Origin: Bacteroidales bacterium | GTDB lineage: Bacteria > Bacteroidota > Bacteroidia > Bacteroidales > VadinHA17 | Assembly: GCA_025454795.1 (NCBI GenBank) | Contig: JALONT010000009.1 | Location: forward strand, 8,827 to 72,826 | Length of the DNA: 64,000 nt | Direction: 5' to 3' | Part shown: positions 26,432 through 34,471 of the stretch, one piece after another | How positions within the stretch are numbered: position 1 is the stretch's first letter | How the letters are laid out: every line of letters starts with the position of its first letter | Translations under genes and position numbers: made by a program | The notes under the pieces: model-generated | What the model saw: only the letters and a program-made list of their open reading frames with translations | The model's database searches: none | What the model was told of the DNA's origin: nothing

Positions 26432-28642
26432 GTGGGATTCCGTCCATTTATCTGCAGACTTGCTTCTCAACATGGTTTGCTGGGAGAAGTTGATAACAGA
26501 ACCGACGGTGTGTATGTAATTGTCCAGGGCGACATTAAATCAGTTGACCGGTTCAGCAATGATATCCTTCAGTTTGCACCACCAGCATCACACATTAAAT
26601 CAATTGAGATAAATACAACACAATTCACGGGATTTGATTGTTTCAGAATAGCGGAAAGTAAAGCCGTTGATAATCAGATTACTGAAATAAGCCCGGATAT
26701 TGCAGTCTGTAAAGATTGTCTCAGCGACATGGAAAATGATCCTCAAAGAATTAATTATCCGTTCACTAACTGCACTAACTGCGGACCCAGGTTTTCCATA
26801 ATTAATGGTTTACCCTACGACAGACCTAACACTACCATGAAAAGCTTCAGGATGTGTGAAAGATGCAGCTCAGAGTACAATAATATTCTTGATCGCCGCT
26901 TTCATGCCCAACCTGTTGCCTGCAATTCATGCGGACCAGTTTATAGATATAAATACTCAGCAAAGAGTCTCATCAATTTGAAAGAGATCCTTGCAGAGGT
27001 CTCTTTGCAGATCATGTCAGGAAAAACAGTTGCTGTCAAGGGAATCGGAGGATATTTCCTGATGTGTGATGCACTGAATAATGATGCTGTAAAAGAACTG
27101 CGGAAAAGAAAACACCGTGATGCAAAACCCTTTGCCGTGATGTTCAGGAATATTTCTGCCGTGAAGAAATTCTGTTTTCTTAATAAAGAAGAGGAAGAAG
27201 AAATAACCTCATGGAGGAGGCCGATACTTGTACTCGGCCAGAAAGAAATTTTATCTCCGGATGTCAGCAATGGTTTAAATACAACAGGTGCAATGCTTCC
27301 ATATATGCCATTTCATTACCTGCTGTTCAGAAGCATAAAAACGCCGGCTGTTGTACTTACCAGCGGAAATATTTCTGATGATCCCATCATAATTGATGAT
27401 CACCTGGCTGAAAAAGAACTATTTAAGATAACTGGTTCACTACTAAGCTATAACAGGCAGATTGAAAACAGGACTGACGATTCCGTGATCAGGATCATAG
27501 ATCACAAGCCATCAGTTATCCGCCGGTCAAGAGGTTATGTTCCCCGTCCTGTTGATCTTAAATCTGATGTTGAAGGGATTCTGGCTCTGGGTGCAGAGCA
27601 GAAAAACAATTTTTGCATTGGTAAAGGAAACCAGGCTGTACTGAGTCAGTATATCGGGGACCTGAAAAATGCTGCGACCTTCGATTTCTTCAGTGAGACA
27701 ATTGAAAAATTCTCAAAGCTGTTCAGATTCAAACCTGCTTTCATTGCATGCGATCTTCATCCGGATTACAGGTCGACGCACTATGCTGAAGTTATTGGGG
27801 GAAACTTAAATATCCCCCTGATCAGAGTACAGCATCACCACGCCCATATTGCCTCCTGCCTGGCAGAATATGGACTCGATCGGGAGGTAATTGGTGTAAG
27901 TCTCGACGGAACCGGATTTGGATCTGACGGAAATATCTGGGGGGGTGAATTTTTAATTGCCGGTCAGGAAGGATTTAAGCGGTATTCCCATTTTGACTAT
28001 GTCCCGCTGCCCGGCGGAGATAAAGCAATAACAAGGCCCTGGAAAATGGCATTTTCATATCTTTATAAGTACTTTGGTGATAGCTTTGATTTCCGTTCTG
28101 TTCCATCATTCAGATCAATAGATGACCGGGAACTGATATTAGTTAAAGAGATGATTGAAAAAAAGATAAACTCTCCGCTTACTTCAGGTGCAGGTCGCCT
28201 TTTTGATGCAGTTTCATCAATCCTTGGTCTGTGTGCTTTCGAAACATTTGATTCAGAAGCACCTATGCGTCTTGAATCAGCGGTTGATTTTAAAACGAAA
28301 GAATTTTATACGTTCAGTGCCACGGAGAATCTGAATTTTTCAGAAACATTTAAGGGTATTCTTGGAGATTTAAAGAATAAGAGTGTTTCTTATATATCAA
28401 CAAAATTTCATAATACAGTAGCGCAGGCAATTCTTGAAATATCGGAACAGATAAGGGAAGAAACGAAGCTTGATAATGTTGTACTTTCAGGAGGTGTTTT
28501 CCAGAATAAATATCTTCTTGAAAAATCGATGGAGCTCCTGTCGGGCAACAGGTTCAAAGTTTATACAAATCACCTTGTCCCAGCCAATGATGGGGGCATA
28601 TCACTGGGACAGCTTTTAATCGCATCAAAAATCCGGGGATAA
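26432..28642 (+). CDS. hypF: [NiFe] hydrogenase maturation carbamoyltransferase HypF
   Basis: Contains an acylphosphatase-like N-terminus, two zinc-finger CxxC pairs (CKDC...CTNCGPR; CERC...CNSCGP), and YrdC-like and Kae1-like domains. The 5' end is uncertain: homology continues upstream to about 26387, where there is no canonical start (see findings). Confidence 0.9.
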   Translation: MGFRPFICRLASQHGLLGEVDNRTDGVYVIVQGDIKSVDRFSNDILQFAPPASHIKSIEINTTQFTGFDCFRIAESKAVDNQITEISPDIAVCKDCLSDMENDPQRINYPFTNCTNCGPRFSIINGLPYDRPNTTMKSFRMCERCSSEYNNILDRRFHAQPVACNSCGPVYRYKYSAKSLINLKEILAEVSLQIMSGKTVAVKGIGGYFLMCDALNNDAVKELRKRKHRDAKPFAVMFRNISAVKKFCFLNKEEEEEITSWRRPILVLGQKEILSPDVSNGLNTTGAMLPYMPFHYLLFRSIKTPAVVLTSGNISDDPIIIDDHLAEKELFKITGSLLSYNRQIENRTDDSVIRIIDHKPSVIRRSRGYVPRPVDLKSDVEGILALGAEQKNNFCIGKGNQAVLSQYIGDLKNAATFDFFSETIEKFSKLFRFKPAFIACDLHPDYRSTHYAEVIGGNLNIPLIRVQHHHAHIASCLAEYGLDREVIGVSLDGTGFGSDGNIWGGEFLIAGQEGFKRYSHFDYVPLPGGDKAITRPWKMAFSYLYKYFGDSFDFRSVPSFRSIDDRELILVKEMIEKKINSPLTSGAGRLFDAVSSILGLCAFETFDSEAPMRLESAVDFKTKEFYTFSATENLNFSETFKGILGDLKNKSVSYISTKFHNTVAQAILEISEQIREETKLDNVVLSGGVFQNKYLLEKSMELLSGNRFKVYTNHLVPANDGGISLGQLLIASKIRG

Positions 28643-28869
28643 TGTGTCTGAGTATACCAGCAGTGATTGTGTCAGTAAATGGCAACATGGCAGAAGTTTC
28701 TGCCGGGGGAACAATTTTTAAAGCAGGTCTCCATATGATAGAAAATGCAAAAGCAGGAGACTATATTCTTCTTCATGCAGGATTTGCTATCCAGAAGATC
28801 AGCGAGGAAGAAGCAGAGGAGACCCTTAAGCTACTTAAAGAAATGAAGGATTCACTGAATAGCAGATAA
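28642..28869 (+). CDS. hypC: Hydrogenase assembly chaperone HypC
   Basis: 75 aa beginning MCLSIPA, the conserved N-terminal Cys2 motif. Confidence 0.9.
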   Translation: MCLSIPAVIVSVNGNMAEVSAGGTIFKAGLHMIENAKAGDYILLHAGFAIQKISEEEAEETLKLLKEMKDSLNSR

Positions 28870-28872
28870 TCC

Positions 28873-29958
28873 ATGAAATTCATCGATGAATACAGGGATA
28901 AAGAATTGATTATGAAGCTGGCTGGTCAGATTGAAAAGGCAGCCGGGCATGAATACACGTTTATGGAAGTCTGCGGTGGTCACACCAGTGCTATCCATCG
29001 GTTTGGAATTCCTTCCCTGCTTCCCAAAAAAATAAAGCTGATCTCCGGGCCGGGATGCCCGGTTTGCGTCACAGGAAAGGATTTCATTGATAAATTAATC
29101 GCCTGCGCAGGGATGGATAATGTTGTTATTGCCACATTCGGAGATCTTATCAGAGTGCCCGGATCCTCATCGACCCTCGAAAGAGAGAGAGCCAAAGGAG
29201 CAGATATCAGAATCGTGATTTCCTGCCTGGAGGCTCTTGAAACAGCCAGGATGAATCCGGAAAAGAAAATCATTTTCCCGGGAATAGGCTTTGAAACAAC
29301 GGCTCCCGGAACTGCAGTCACAATTAAACAGTGTGAAAAGGATAAAACAGATAACTTCCGGGTCTTGAGTGCTCATAAGGTAATGCCTCCGGCAATGGAA
29401 GCTATTATAAAGGAAGGTGTTGATATTGACGGTTTTATCTGTCCGGGTCATGTGGCTGCAATTACCGGTTCTTCAGTGTTCAACTTTATTCCCGGGAAAT
29501 ATAAACTTGGTTGCGTCATTACCGGTTTTGAGCCGGTCGATATTCTTCATGCTGTTTTGATGCTGGTAAATCAGAAAAACCTTGATATGCCAAAAGTTGA
29601 AATTCAGTACAACAGGGCAGTGACTGAGAATGGAAATGAAATAGCGATCAGATATTTGTCAGAAGTATTTGAGCCATGTAACGCTTATTGGCGAGGACTT
29701 GGGGTTATACCGGGAAGCGGACTTAAACTGCGAAAGGAATATGAGAGATTTGATGCTGAGAAAATCTATTCTCCTGAGATTAAACCTCCTGAAGATGACG
29801 GATTATGTATTTGCGGAGAAATCCTGAGAGGGAAAAAAGTTCCCGGGGATTGTCCTCTTTTTGCCAGGTTGTGTACTCCGGATAATCCTGTCGGTGCCTG
29901 TATGGTATCAAATGAAGGAGCTTGTAATACATGGTTTAAATACAGAAAAGATGAATGA
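28873..29958 (+). CDS. hypD: Hydrogenase maturation protein HypD
   Basis: 361 aa. Motifs EVCGGHT, GPGCPVCV, GFETTAP and PGHV. Confidence 0.9.
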   Translation: MKFIDEYRDKELIMKLAGQIEKAAGHEYTFMEVCGGHTSAIHRFGIPSLLPKKIKLISGPGCPVCVTGKDFIDKLIACAGMDNVVIATFGDLIRVPGSSSTLERERAKGADIRIVISCLEALETARMNPEKKIIFPGIGFETTAPGTAVTIKQCEKDKTDNFRVLSAHKVMPPAMEAIIKEGVDIDGFICPGHVAAITGSSVFNFIPGKYKLGCVITGFEPVDILHAVLMLVNQKNLDMPKVEIQYNRAVTENGNEIAIRYLSEVFEPCNAYWRGLGVIPGSGLKLRKEYERFDAEKIYSPEIKPPEDDGLCICGEILRGKKVPGDCPLFARLCTPDNPVGACMVSNEGACNTWFKYRKDE

Positions 29959-30958
29959 TTTTGTCACCCTGAACCATGGAAGCGGAGGAAAGCAATCACA
30001 GGATCTTATAAAGAATGTGTTTGTAAAGAGATTTGGTATTATCGAGCCTCTTACAGATTCTGCTTTAGTTTGGGATTCAGGAAAGTATCTTGCATTTACA
30101 ACTGATGCTTATGTTGTGGATCCCCTTTACTTCCCCGGAGGCAATATTGGTAAACTTGCAGTATGCGGAACAGTAAACGACCTGGCAGTATCAGGAGCAA
30201 TTCCGATGTATCTGACAGCTTCATTTATAATTGAAGAGGGATTGCCAATGAAGGATCTTATTCAGATCACAGAATCGATGGCTGATGAAGCTTTAAATGC
30301 GAAGGTGAAAATTGTTACCGGCGACACAAAAGTAGTTGAAAGAGGAAAGTGCGACAAGCTTTTTATTACAACATCCGGAACGGGGTTCATGAACACGGGT
30401 CTGGAGCATATAAGTACAGGTGAACGCATAATAAAGGGTGATAAGCTTATCATAAACGGGCCACTCGGGAACCATGCAATTGCTGTTCTGGGAGCCCGGA
30501 ATAGACTGAGCTTCAGCACTCCTGTTGTTTCAGATTGCGCATCCCTTAATCATATAATTAAGAAAGTACTGGATCGCACTGAGGAAGTTCATTTTATGCG
30601 TGACCTTACGAGGGGTGGTCTTGCATCTGTTCTGAATGAACTTGCTTCAATGATTAAGCCGGGCATTACTGTTGATGAAGCTTCAATCCCTGTTGATGAT
30701 CCTGTAAAAGGTTTATGCGAAATGCTGGGTTTTGATCCTTTGTATCTTGCTAATGAAGGGAAATTCCTGATAGTAGTCGGAAAAGGGGAAGAGGACAAGG
30801 TACTGGAGATTCTGAGATCAGATCCTCTCGGAGAAAAATCGGAAATAATCGGAGATATTGTACAGGGGAAAAATAACAGAGTGATATTAAACACTATTGC
30901 CGGAGGGAGACGGATTCTTGATAATCTTTCAGGTATTCAGCTTCCCAGGATTTGTTAA
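29951..30958 (+). CDS. hypE: Hydrogenase maturation protein HypE
   Basis: AIR-synthase-like fold with the C-terminal ...LPRIC motif. I place the start at ATG 29951 (MNDFVTLNHGSGG), giving the usual ATGAATGA-type 8-nt overlap with hypD. The ORF-track start at 29861 is an extension. Confidence 0.9.
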   Translation: MNDFVTLNHGSGGKQSQDLIKNVFVKRFGIIEPLTDSALVWDSGKYLAFTTDAYVVDPLYFPGGNIGKLAVCGTVNDLAVSGAIPMYLTASFIIEEGLPMKDLIQITESMADEALNAKVKIVTGDTKVVERGKCDKLFITTSGTGFMNTGLEHISTGERIIKGDKLIINGPLGNHAIAVLGARNRLSFSTPVVSDCASLNHIIKKVLDRTEEVHFMRDLTRGGLASVLNELASMIKPGITVDEASIPVDDPVKGLCEMLGFDPLYLANEGKFLIVVGKGEEDKVLEILRSDPLGEKSEIIGDIVQGKNNRVILNTIAGGRRILDNLSGIQLPRIC

Positions 30959-30968
30959 CAGGTTTATT

Positions 30969-31310
30969 ATGCATGAGATAAGGATTGCGGAAGATCTTTC
31001 AGCTATTGTGCTTCAGGCAGCCCGGAAAGAGAATCTGATCAGGGTGACAAAAGTAAATATCAGTTTCGGACAACTGGTTCAGATAGTGCCGGATATCTTT
31101 GAATTTGCTTTCAGAGAAATAGTAAGGGATACAATTGCCTGTAAAGCCGTAGTCGTTATTGAGATCGTACCCGTGAAAATGGAATGCAATAGCTGTGGAA
31201 GCGATTTCAATCTAACTGAAAACTATTTTGCATGTAACGTCTGCGGATCGACAGATCTCAATATCATTCATGGAAAAGAATTGTTTATTAAAAGTATAGA
31301 AGGAGAGTAG
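30969..31310 (+). CDS. hypA: Hydrogenase nickel incorporation protein HypA
   Basis: 113 aa from the internal ATG, starting MHEIRIAE (MHE Ni-binding N-terminus). Zinc site CNSCG...CNVCG. Confidence 0.9.
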   Translation: MHEIRIAEDLSAIVLQAARKENLIRVTKVNISFGQLVQIVPDIFEFAFREIVRDTIACKAVVVIEIVPVKMECNSCGSDFNLTENYFACNVCGSTDLNIIHGKELFIKSIEGE

Positions 31311-31312
31311 AT

Positions 31313-31972
31313 ATGGAAATCAAAATCATGAAGAATATCCTGGACAGGAACCAGAATAAGGCAAACGAAGTAAGGACTCTGCTTGCTTCAAAAAAAGTAT
31401 TGATGGTGAACATAATAAGTTCACCCGGCGCCGGGAAAACTACATTGCTTGAACAGACACTCGGAGAAATAGGACAGAAGTTCAGGGCAGGGGTAATTGA
31501 GGGCGATATTACCACTGACAGGGATGCGCAGCGTCTGAAAAAATATAATATTCCGATTGTTGTAATTAATACAGAAGGAGGGTGCCATCTCGATTCGCAC
31601 AGTATCTCCAAAGTCCTGGATTCATTTAACCTTGATGATCTTGATGTCTTGTTTGTCGAAAATGTAGGTAACCTGATCTGCCCTTCACAGTTTGATCTTG
31701 GTGAGACTTTTAAGCTGGCAGTTGTCAGCACGACAGAAGGTGACGATAAACCAGGGAAATATCCTATGCTTTTCAGGGAAGCGAAAGCAGTTATTCTTAA
31801 TAAGATTGATCTGATTCCGTATACAAATTTTAGTTACGATAATTTTAAAACGGATCTGAGGAAGATAAATGCGCAGATACCTCTTTTCGAAATATCGTGT
31901 ACAAGGGGAGATGGTATGGAGGGGTGGTATGAGTGGATAAGCGGACAGATAAAAACCTTCAAGCTTCAATAA
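31313..31972 (+). CDS. hypB: Hydrogenase nickel incorporation GTPase HypB
   Basis: 219 aa. P-loop SSPGAGKTT, CH motif (EGGCHLD) and ENVGNLICP. Confidence 0.9.
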   Translation: MEIKIMKNILDRNQNKANEVRTLLASKKVLMVNIISSPGAGKTTLLEQTLGEIGQKFRAGVIEGDITTDRDAQRLKKYNIPIVVINTEGGCHLDSHSISKVLDSFNLDDLDVLFVENVGNLICPSQFDLGETFKLAVVSTTEGDDKPGKYPMLFREAKAVILNKIDLIPYTNFSYDNFKTDLRKINAQIPLFEISCTRGDGMEGWYEWISGQIKTFKLQ

Positions 31973-31977
31973 GCCTG

Positions 31978-32268
31978 TCAGAATCTGAATCCTAATTTTA
32001 CCTCAAGCCTGTTATAAGCATTTATATATTTGATATCATCATCATTATAATCCCTCTGTTCATAACTGGTTGATGCAAACCTGTATGCAAAGCTAAGGTA
32101 AGGCTCAACATCTTCCTTCGACCAGGATATCCCCGTTCCGAAAGTACCCGAAAATCCTCCTTTATAGTTTTTCTCCTGATATTGATAATTATCATAAGTG
32201 CTGCTATTCTCATCACCAAGGAAAAGGAGTCCGCCTCCTCTTGCAAAAAGGAAAGGAGATGTTCTTTC
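31978..32268 (-). pseudogene. 5'-truncated remnant of an outer-membrane beta-barrel protein gene (C-terminal ~96 codons)
   Basis: Hand translation gives ...FARGGGLLFLGDENSSTYDNYQYQEKNYKGGFSGTFGTGISWSKEDVEPYLSFAYRFASTSYEQRDYNDDDIKYINAYNRLEVKLGFRF*. It has alternating beta-strand character and a terminal Phe. The frame has no start codon and is closed by a stop at 32269. Confidence 0.5.
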
Positions 32269-32311
32269 CTACACAGTTCCGCCTGTTGATAACGAATTTC
32301 CTACTGCATGA

Positions 32312-32554
32312 ATTGATCAGGAGAAAGGAGTTGTAGTTGACGGATCAGCCGGACTAAAGATCTATAATGCTTCCGATCCGACAAAAATTACAGATCACCT
32401 TATATCCTCATACCCGGCTATCAATGCTTATGATGTAATTCCAATCGGGAATGTCCTGGTCATGACAGGGGATGATGGATTATACCAGTATGATTATTCC
32501 AACATTCAAAATATTTCCCTTCTAAGCTCAATACTGGTAGTTGAGGAGGGCTAG
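32312..32554 (+). pseudogene. 5'-truncated, frameshifted remnant of an LVIVD/beta-propeller-type lipoprotein gene (C-terminal ~80 codons)
   Basis: Hand translation gives IDQEKGVVVDGSAGLKIYNASDPTKITDHLISSYPAINAYDVIPIGNVLVMTGDDGLYQYDYSNIQNISLLSSILVVEEG*. The frame is opened by a TGA at 32309, and the upstream sequence continues in another frame (...YTVPPVDNEFPTA*). Confidence 0.45.
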
Positions 32555-32662
32555 TTACTCGTTGCTGGGTACTGGGTGCTGGGTTGTCAATGATAAAACG
32601 AGCAACGAGCAACGAGCAACGAGCAACGAGCAACGAGCAACGAGCAACGAGCAACAAGTAAC
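32555..32662. repeat. Composite heptamer element: TGGGTRC x3, spacer, AACGAGC x8 (+1 degenerate), flanked by inverted GTTACTCGTTGC / GCAACAAGTAAC
   Basis: Read directly. The perfect AACGAGC units run 32597..32652. Confidence 0.95.
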
Positions 32663-32728
32663 CATTAACTAGTTTATTTTCATTCTAAATTATCAACAAT
32701 GACATTTGTAAGTTTTTTTTACAAAGTA

Positions 32729-32746
32729 TTGTTATTATTTTCACAG
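32729..32746. promoter_or_regulatory. Weak candidate Rex half-site/operator upstream of the [FeFe] hydrogenase operon
   Basis: TTGTTATTATTTTCACAG has a near-perfect right half (TTCACA) and a degenerate left half. It lies 63 nt upstream of the first gene. Confidence 0.3.
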
Positions 32747-32808
32747 CGTTTTTTTAGAAGCTATTAATTGTATAAAAAATAATTTAATTACCTAAAAATC
32801 AGATAGTA

Positions 32809-33276
32809 ATGTACAACGTAGGAAATCTTGTTAAGGAATTATCCGAAAAGCATGGTCGTGAAAGAGAGAGCCTTATGCCTATACTCCAGGGTATTGTTGA
32901 AAAGCATAATTATCTTACAGATGAGGCCATGGTTGAAGTAGCCAGAGAACTTGACATCTCTGCTGCAGAAGTTTATGGAACTGCCTCATTTTATACCTTT
33001 CTGGATACAGATGTAAGAGGCAAGTATATAATAAGAATCTGCAAGACAATTACATGCTCCATGAAAGGGAAGGGTGAAATAATTCAAACTCTTGAAGACA
33101 TGCTTAAGATAAAGGTTGGTGAGACAACATCAGACAGGCAATTCAGTCTCATTGAAACAAACTGTATAGGCTGGTGTCATAAAGCTCCTGCAATACTTAT
33201 AAATGAAATACCATATACTGAGCTTACACCTGAAAAGACAGTGGAGATAATTAAAGGTTACATGCAAAAAAGATAA
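32809..33276 (+). CDS. hydC: [FeFe] hydrogenase subunit HydC (NuoE-like thioredoxin-fold [2Fe-2S] protein)
   Basis: 155 aa, Cys pattern CKTITC...CIGWC of the 24-kDa subunit family. Confidence 0.85.
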   Translation: MYNVGNLVKELSEKHGRERESLMPILQGIVEKHNYLTDEAMVEVARELDISAAEVYGTASFYTFLDTDVRGKYIIRICKTITCSMKGKGEIIQTLEDMLKIKVGETTSDRQFSLIETNCIGWCHKAPAILINEIPYTELTPEKTVEIIKGYMQKR

Positions 33277-33289
33277 TACCCTGAACGAA

Positions 33290-34450
33290 ATGGAAAAGAA
33301 AGGACTTACAAAAGTAGATCTCATATTCGAGACAATAGATCCAAAAGAGGTTCTGATCAAAGCTTTCAAAATGAGCAGCGGAGACATCATTAAAGAGATG
33401 CTTGATTCAGGACTTAAAGGCAGGGGGGGTGCCGGATTCCCGACAGGGTTAAAATGGAAATATGCCGCAGCTGAAAAAGAACCGGAGAAATATATTGTAT
33501 GTAACGCTGATGAAGGAGAACCCGGAACTTTTAAAGACCGGGAGATTCTTGACAGGGTAGCTTACAAGGTTTATGGCGGAATGGCTATTGCCGGTAAAGC
33601 TATAAGCGCAAAGCACGGAATTGTCTATTTGCGTGGTGAATACAGGTTTCTTCTGCCCCAGTTAATGAAAGAACTTGAAAAATTCCACAAGATGATAGGT
33701 GAGATAGGGTATGATTTTAAAATCAACTACTGTCTGGGAAGCGGAGCCTATATTTGCGGTGAGGAGAGTGCACTTTTTGAATCTGTCGAGGGTAGCCGCG
33801 GAGAACCGCGTAACAAACCACCATACCCGACAACCTCAGGTGTGTTCGGAAAACCCACATCGATAAATAACGTGGAGACCCTTGTTACAACAATGATGAT
33901 AATAAAGCATGGTGCTGCTAAATTCTATGAGCTGGGAACAAAAGATTCACGTGGCTCGAAGGTTTTCTCAGTATCAGGAGATACTCCAACACCGGGAATT
34001 TTTGAACTTGAGCTGGGAATGTCTGTACAGGAATTTGTAACCGAATTCGGAGATGGTGATACTAAAGCTGTCCAGGTTGGTGGTGCTTCAGGATTCTGTG
34101 TGCCAAGAAAAAAATTCCAGAATACCATCATTGGTTTTGAAGGCGTCCCGACGGGAGGATCAATGAAGCTTTTCAACAGTTCAAGATCGATGTATAATGT
34201 CCTGCACAATTATCTAGATTTCTTTGCCGAGGAGTCATGCGGACAATGTACACCATGCAGGGTTGGCTGCCAGCAGCTTCTCAAAGGTGTCGAAAAAGTC
34301 AAAAAAGGTGAAGTTAAGTCAACATATCTGAATGAGCTGATAAAACTTGCCGATACAATGAAAATAGCTTCCAAGTGCGGACTGGGACAATCAGTAGGCA
34401 ACGCCTTCAGAACTATTGTTGAGAACTTCAGGGAAGAGATCATTTACTAA
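33290..34450 (+). CDS. hydB: [FeFe] hydrogenase subunit HydB (NuoF-like FMN/NADH-binding subunit, short form)
   Basis: 386 aa. Motifs GRGGAGFPTGLKW, CNADEGEPGTFKDR and the N3 cluster motif ESCGQCTPCR...C. The protein ends right after this motif, with no C-terminal ferredoxin domains. Confidence 0.85.
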   Translation: MEKKGLTKVDLIFETIDPKEVLIKAFKMSSGDIIKEMLDSGLKGRGGAGFPTGLKWKYAAAEKEPEKYIVCNADEGEPGTFKDREILDRVAYKVYGGMAIAGKAISAKHGIVYLRGEYRFLLPQLMKELEKFHKMIGEIGYDFKINYCLGSGAYICGEESALFESVEGSRGEPRNKPPYPTTSGVFGKPTSINNVETLVTTMMIIKHGAAKFYELGTKDSRGSKVFSVSGDTPTPGIFELELGMSVQEFVTEFGDGDTKAVQVGGASGFCVPRKKFQNTIIGFEGVPTGGSMKLFNSSRSMYNVLHNYLDFFAEESCGQCTPCRVGCQQLLKGVEKVKKGEVKSTYLNELIKLADTMKIASKCGLGQSVGNAFRTIVENFREEIIY

Positions 34451-34471
34451 CTTTAAAAATATACAGGAATA

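Noticed and set aside
29861-29950. ORF-track 5' extensions of hypE (29861), hypA (30897), purB (39603), kduI (59491) and the small hydrogenase subunit (21781)
   Set aside because: In each case the conserved N-terminus of the family begins at an internal start (29951, 30969, 39648, 59563, about 21715). The extension overlaps the preceding gene or is non-homologous leader sequence.
12145-32554. Calling the hydrogenase/hyp block a mobile genomic island
   Set aside because: No integrase, transposase, tRNA target or direct-repeat att sites are visible. Only the truncated gene remnants at 31978..32554 hint at rearrangement, so I did not annotate a mobile element.
32460-32657. 65-aa minus-strand ORF MLLVARCSLLVARCSLLVARF...
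   Set aside because: It is a translation artefact of the AACGAGC array and overlaps the pseudogene remnant.
32705-32725. Perfect inverted repeat TTTGTAA-N7-TTACAAA upstream of the [FeFe] operon as a Rex box
   Set aside because: The arms lack the TGTGA core (TTGTAA instead of TTGTGAA) and the spacing gives a 19-21-bp site rather than 18 bp. I kept it only as a note, and it may bind a different factor.
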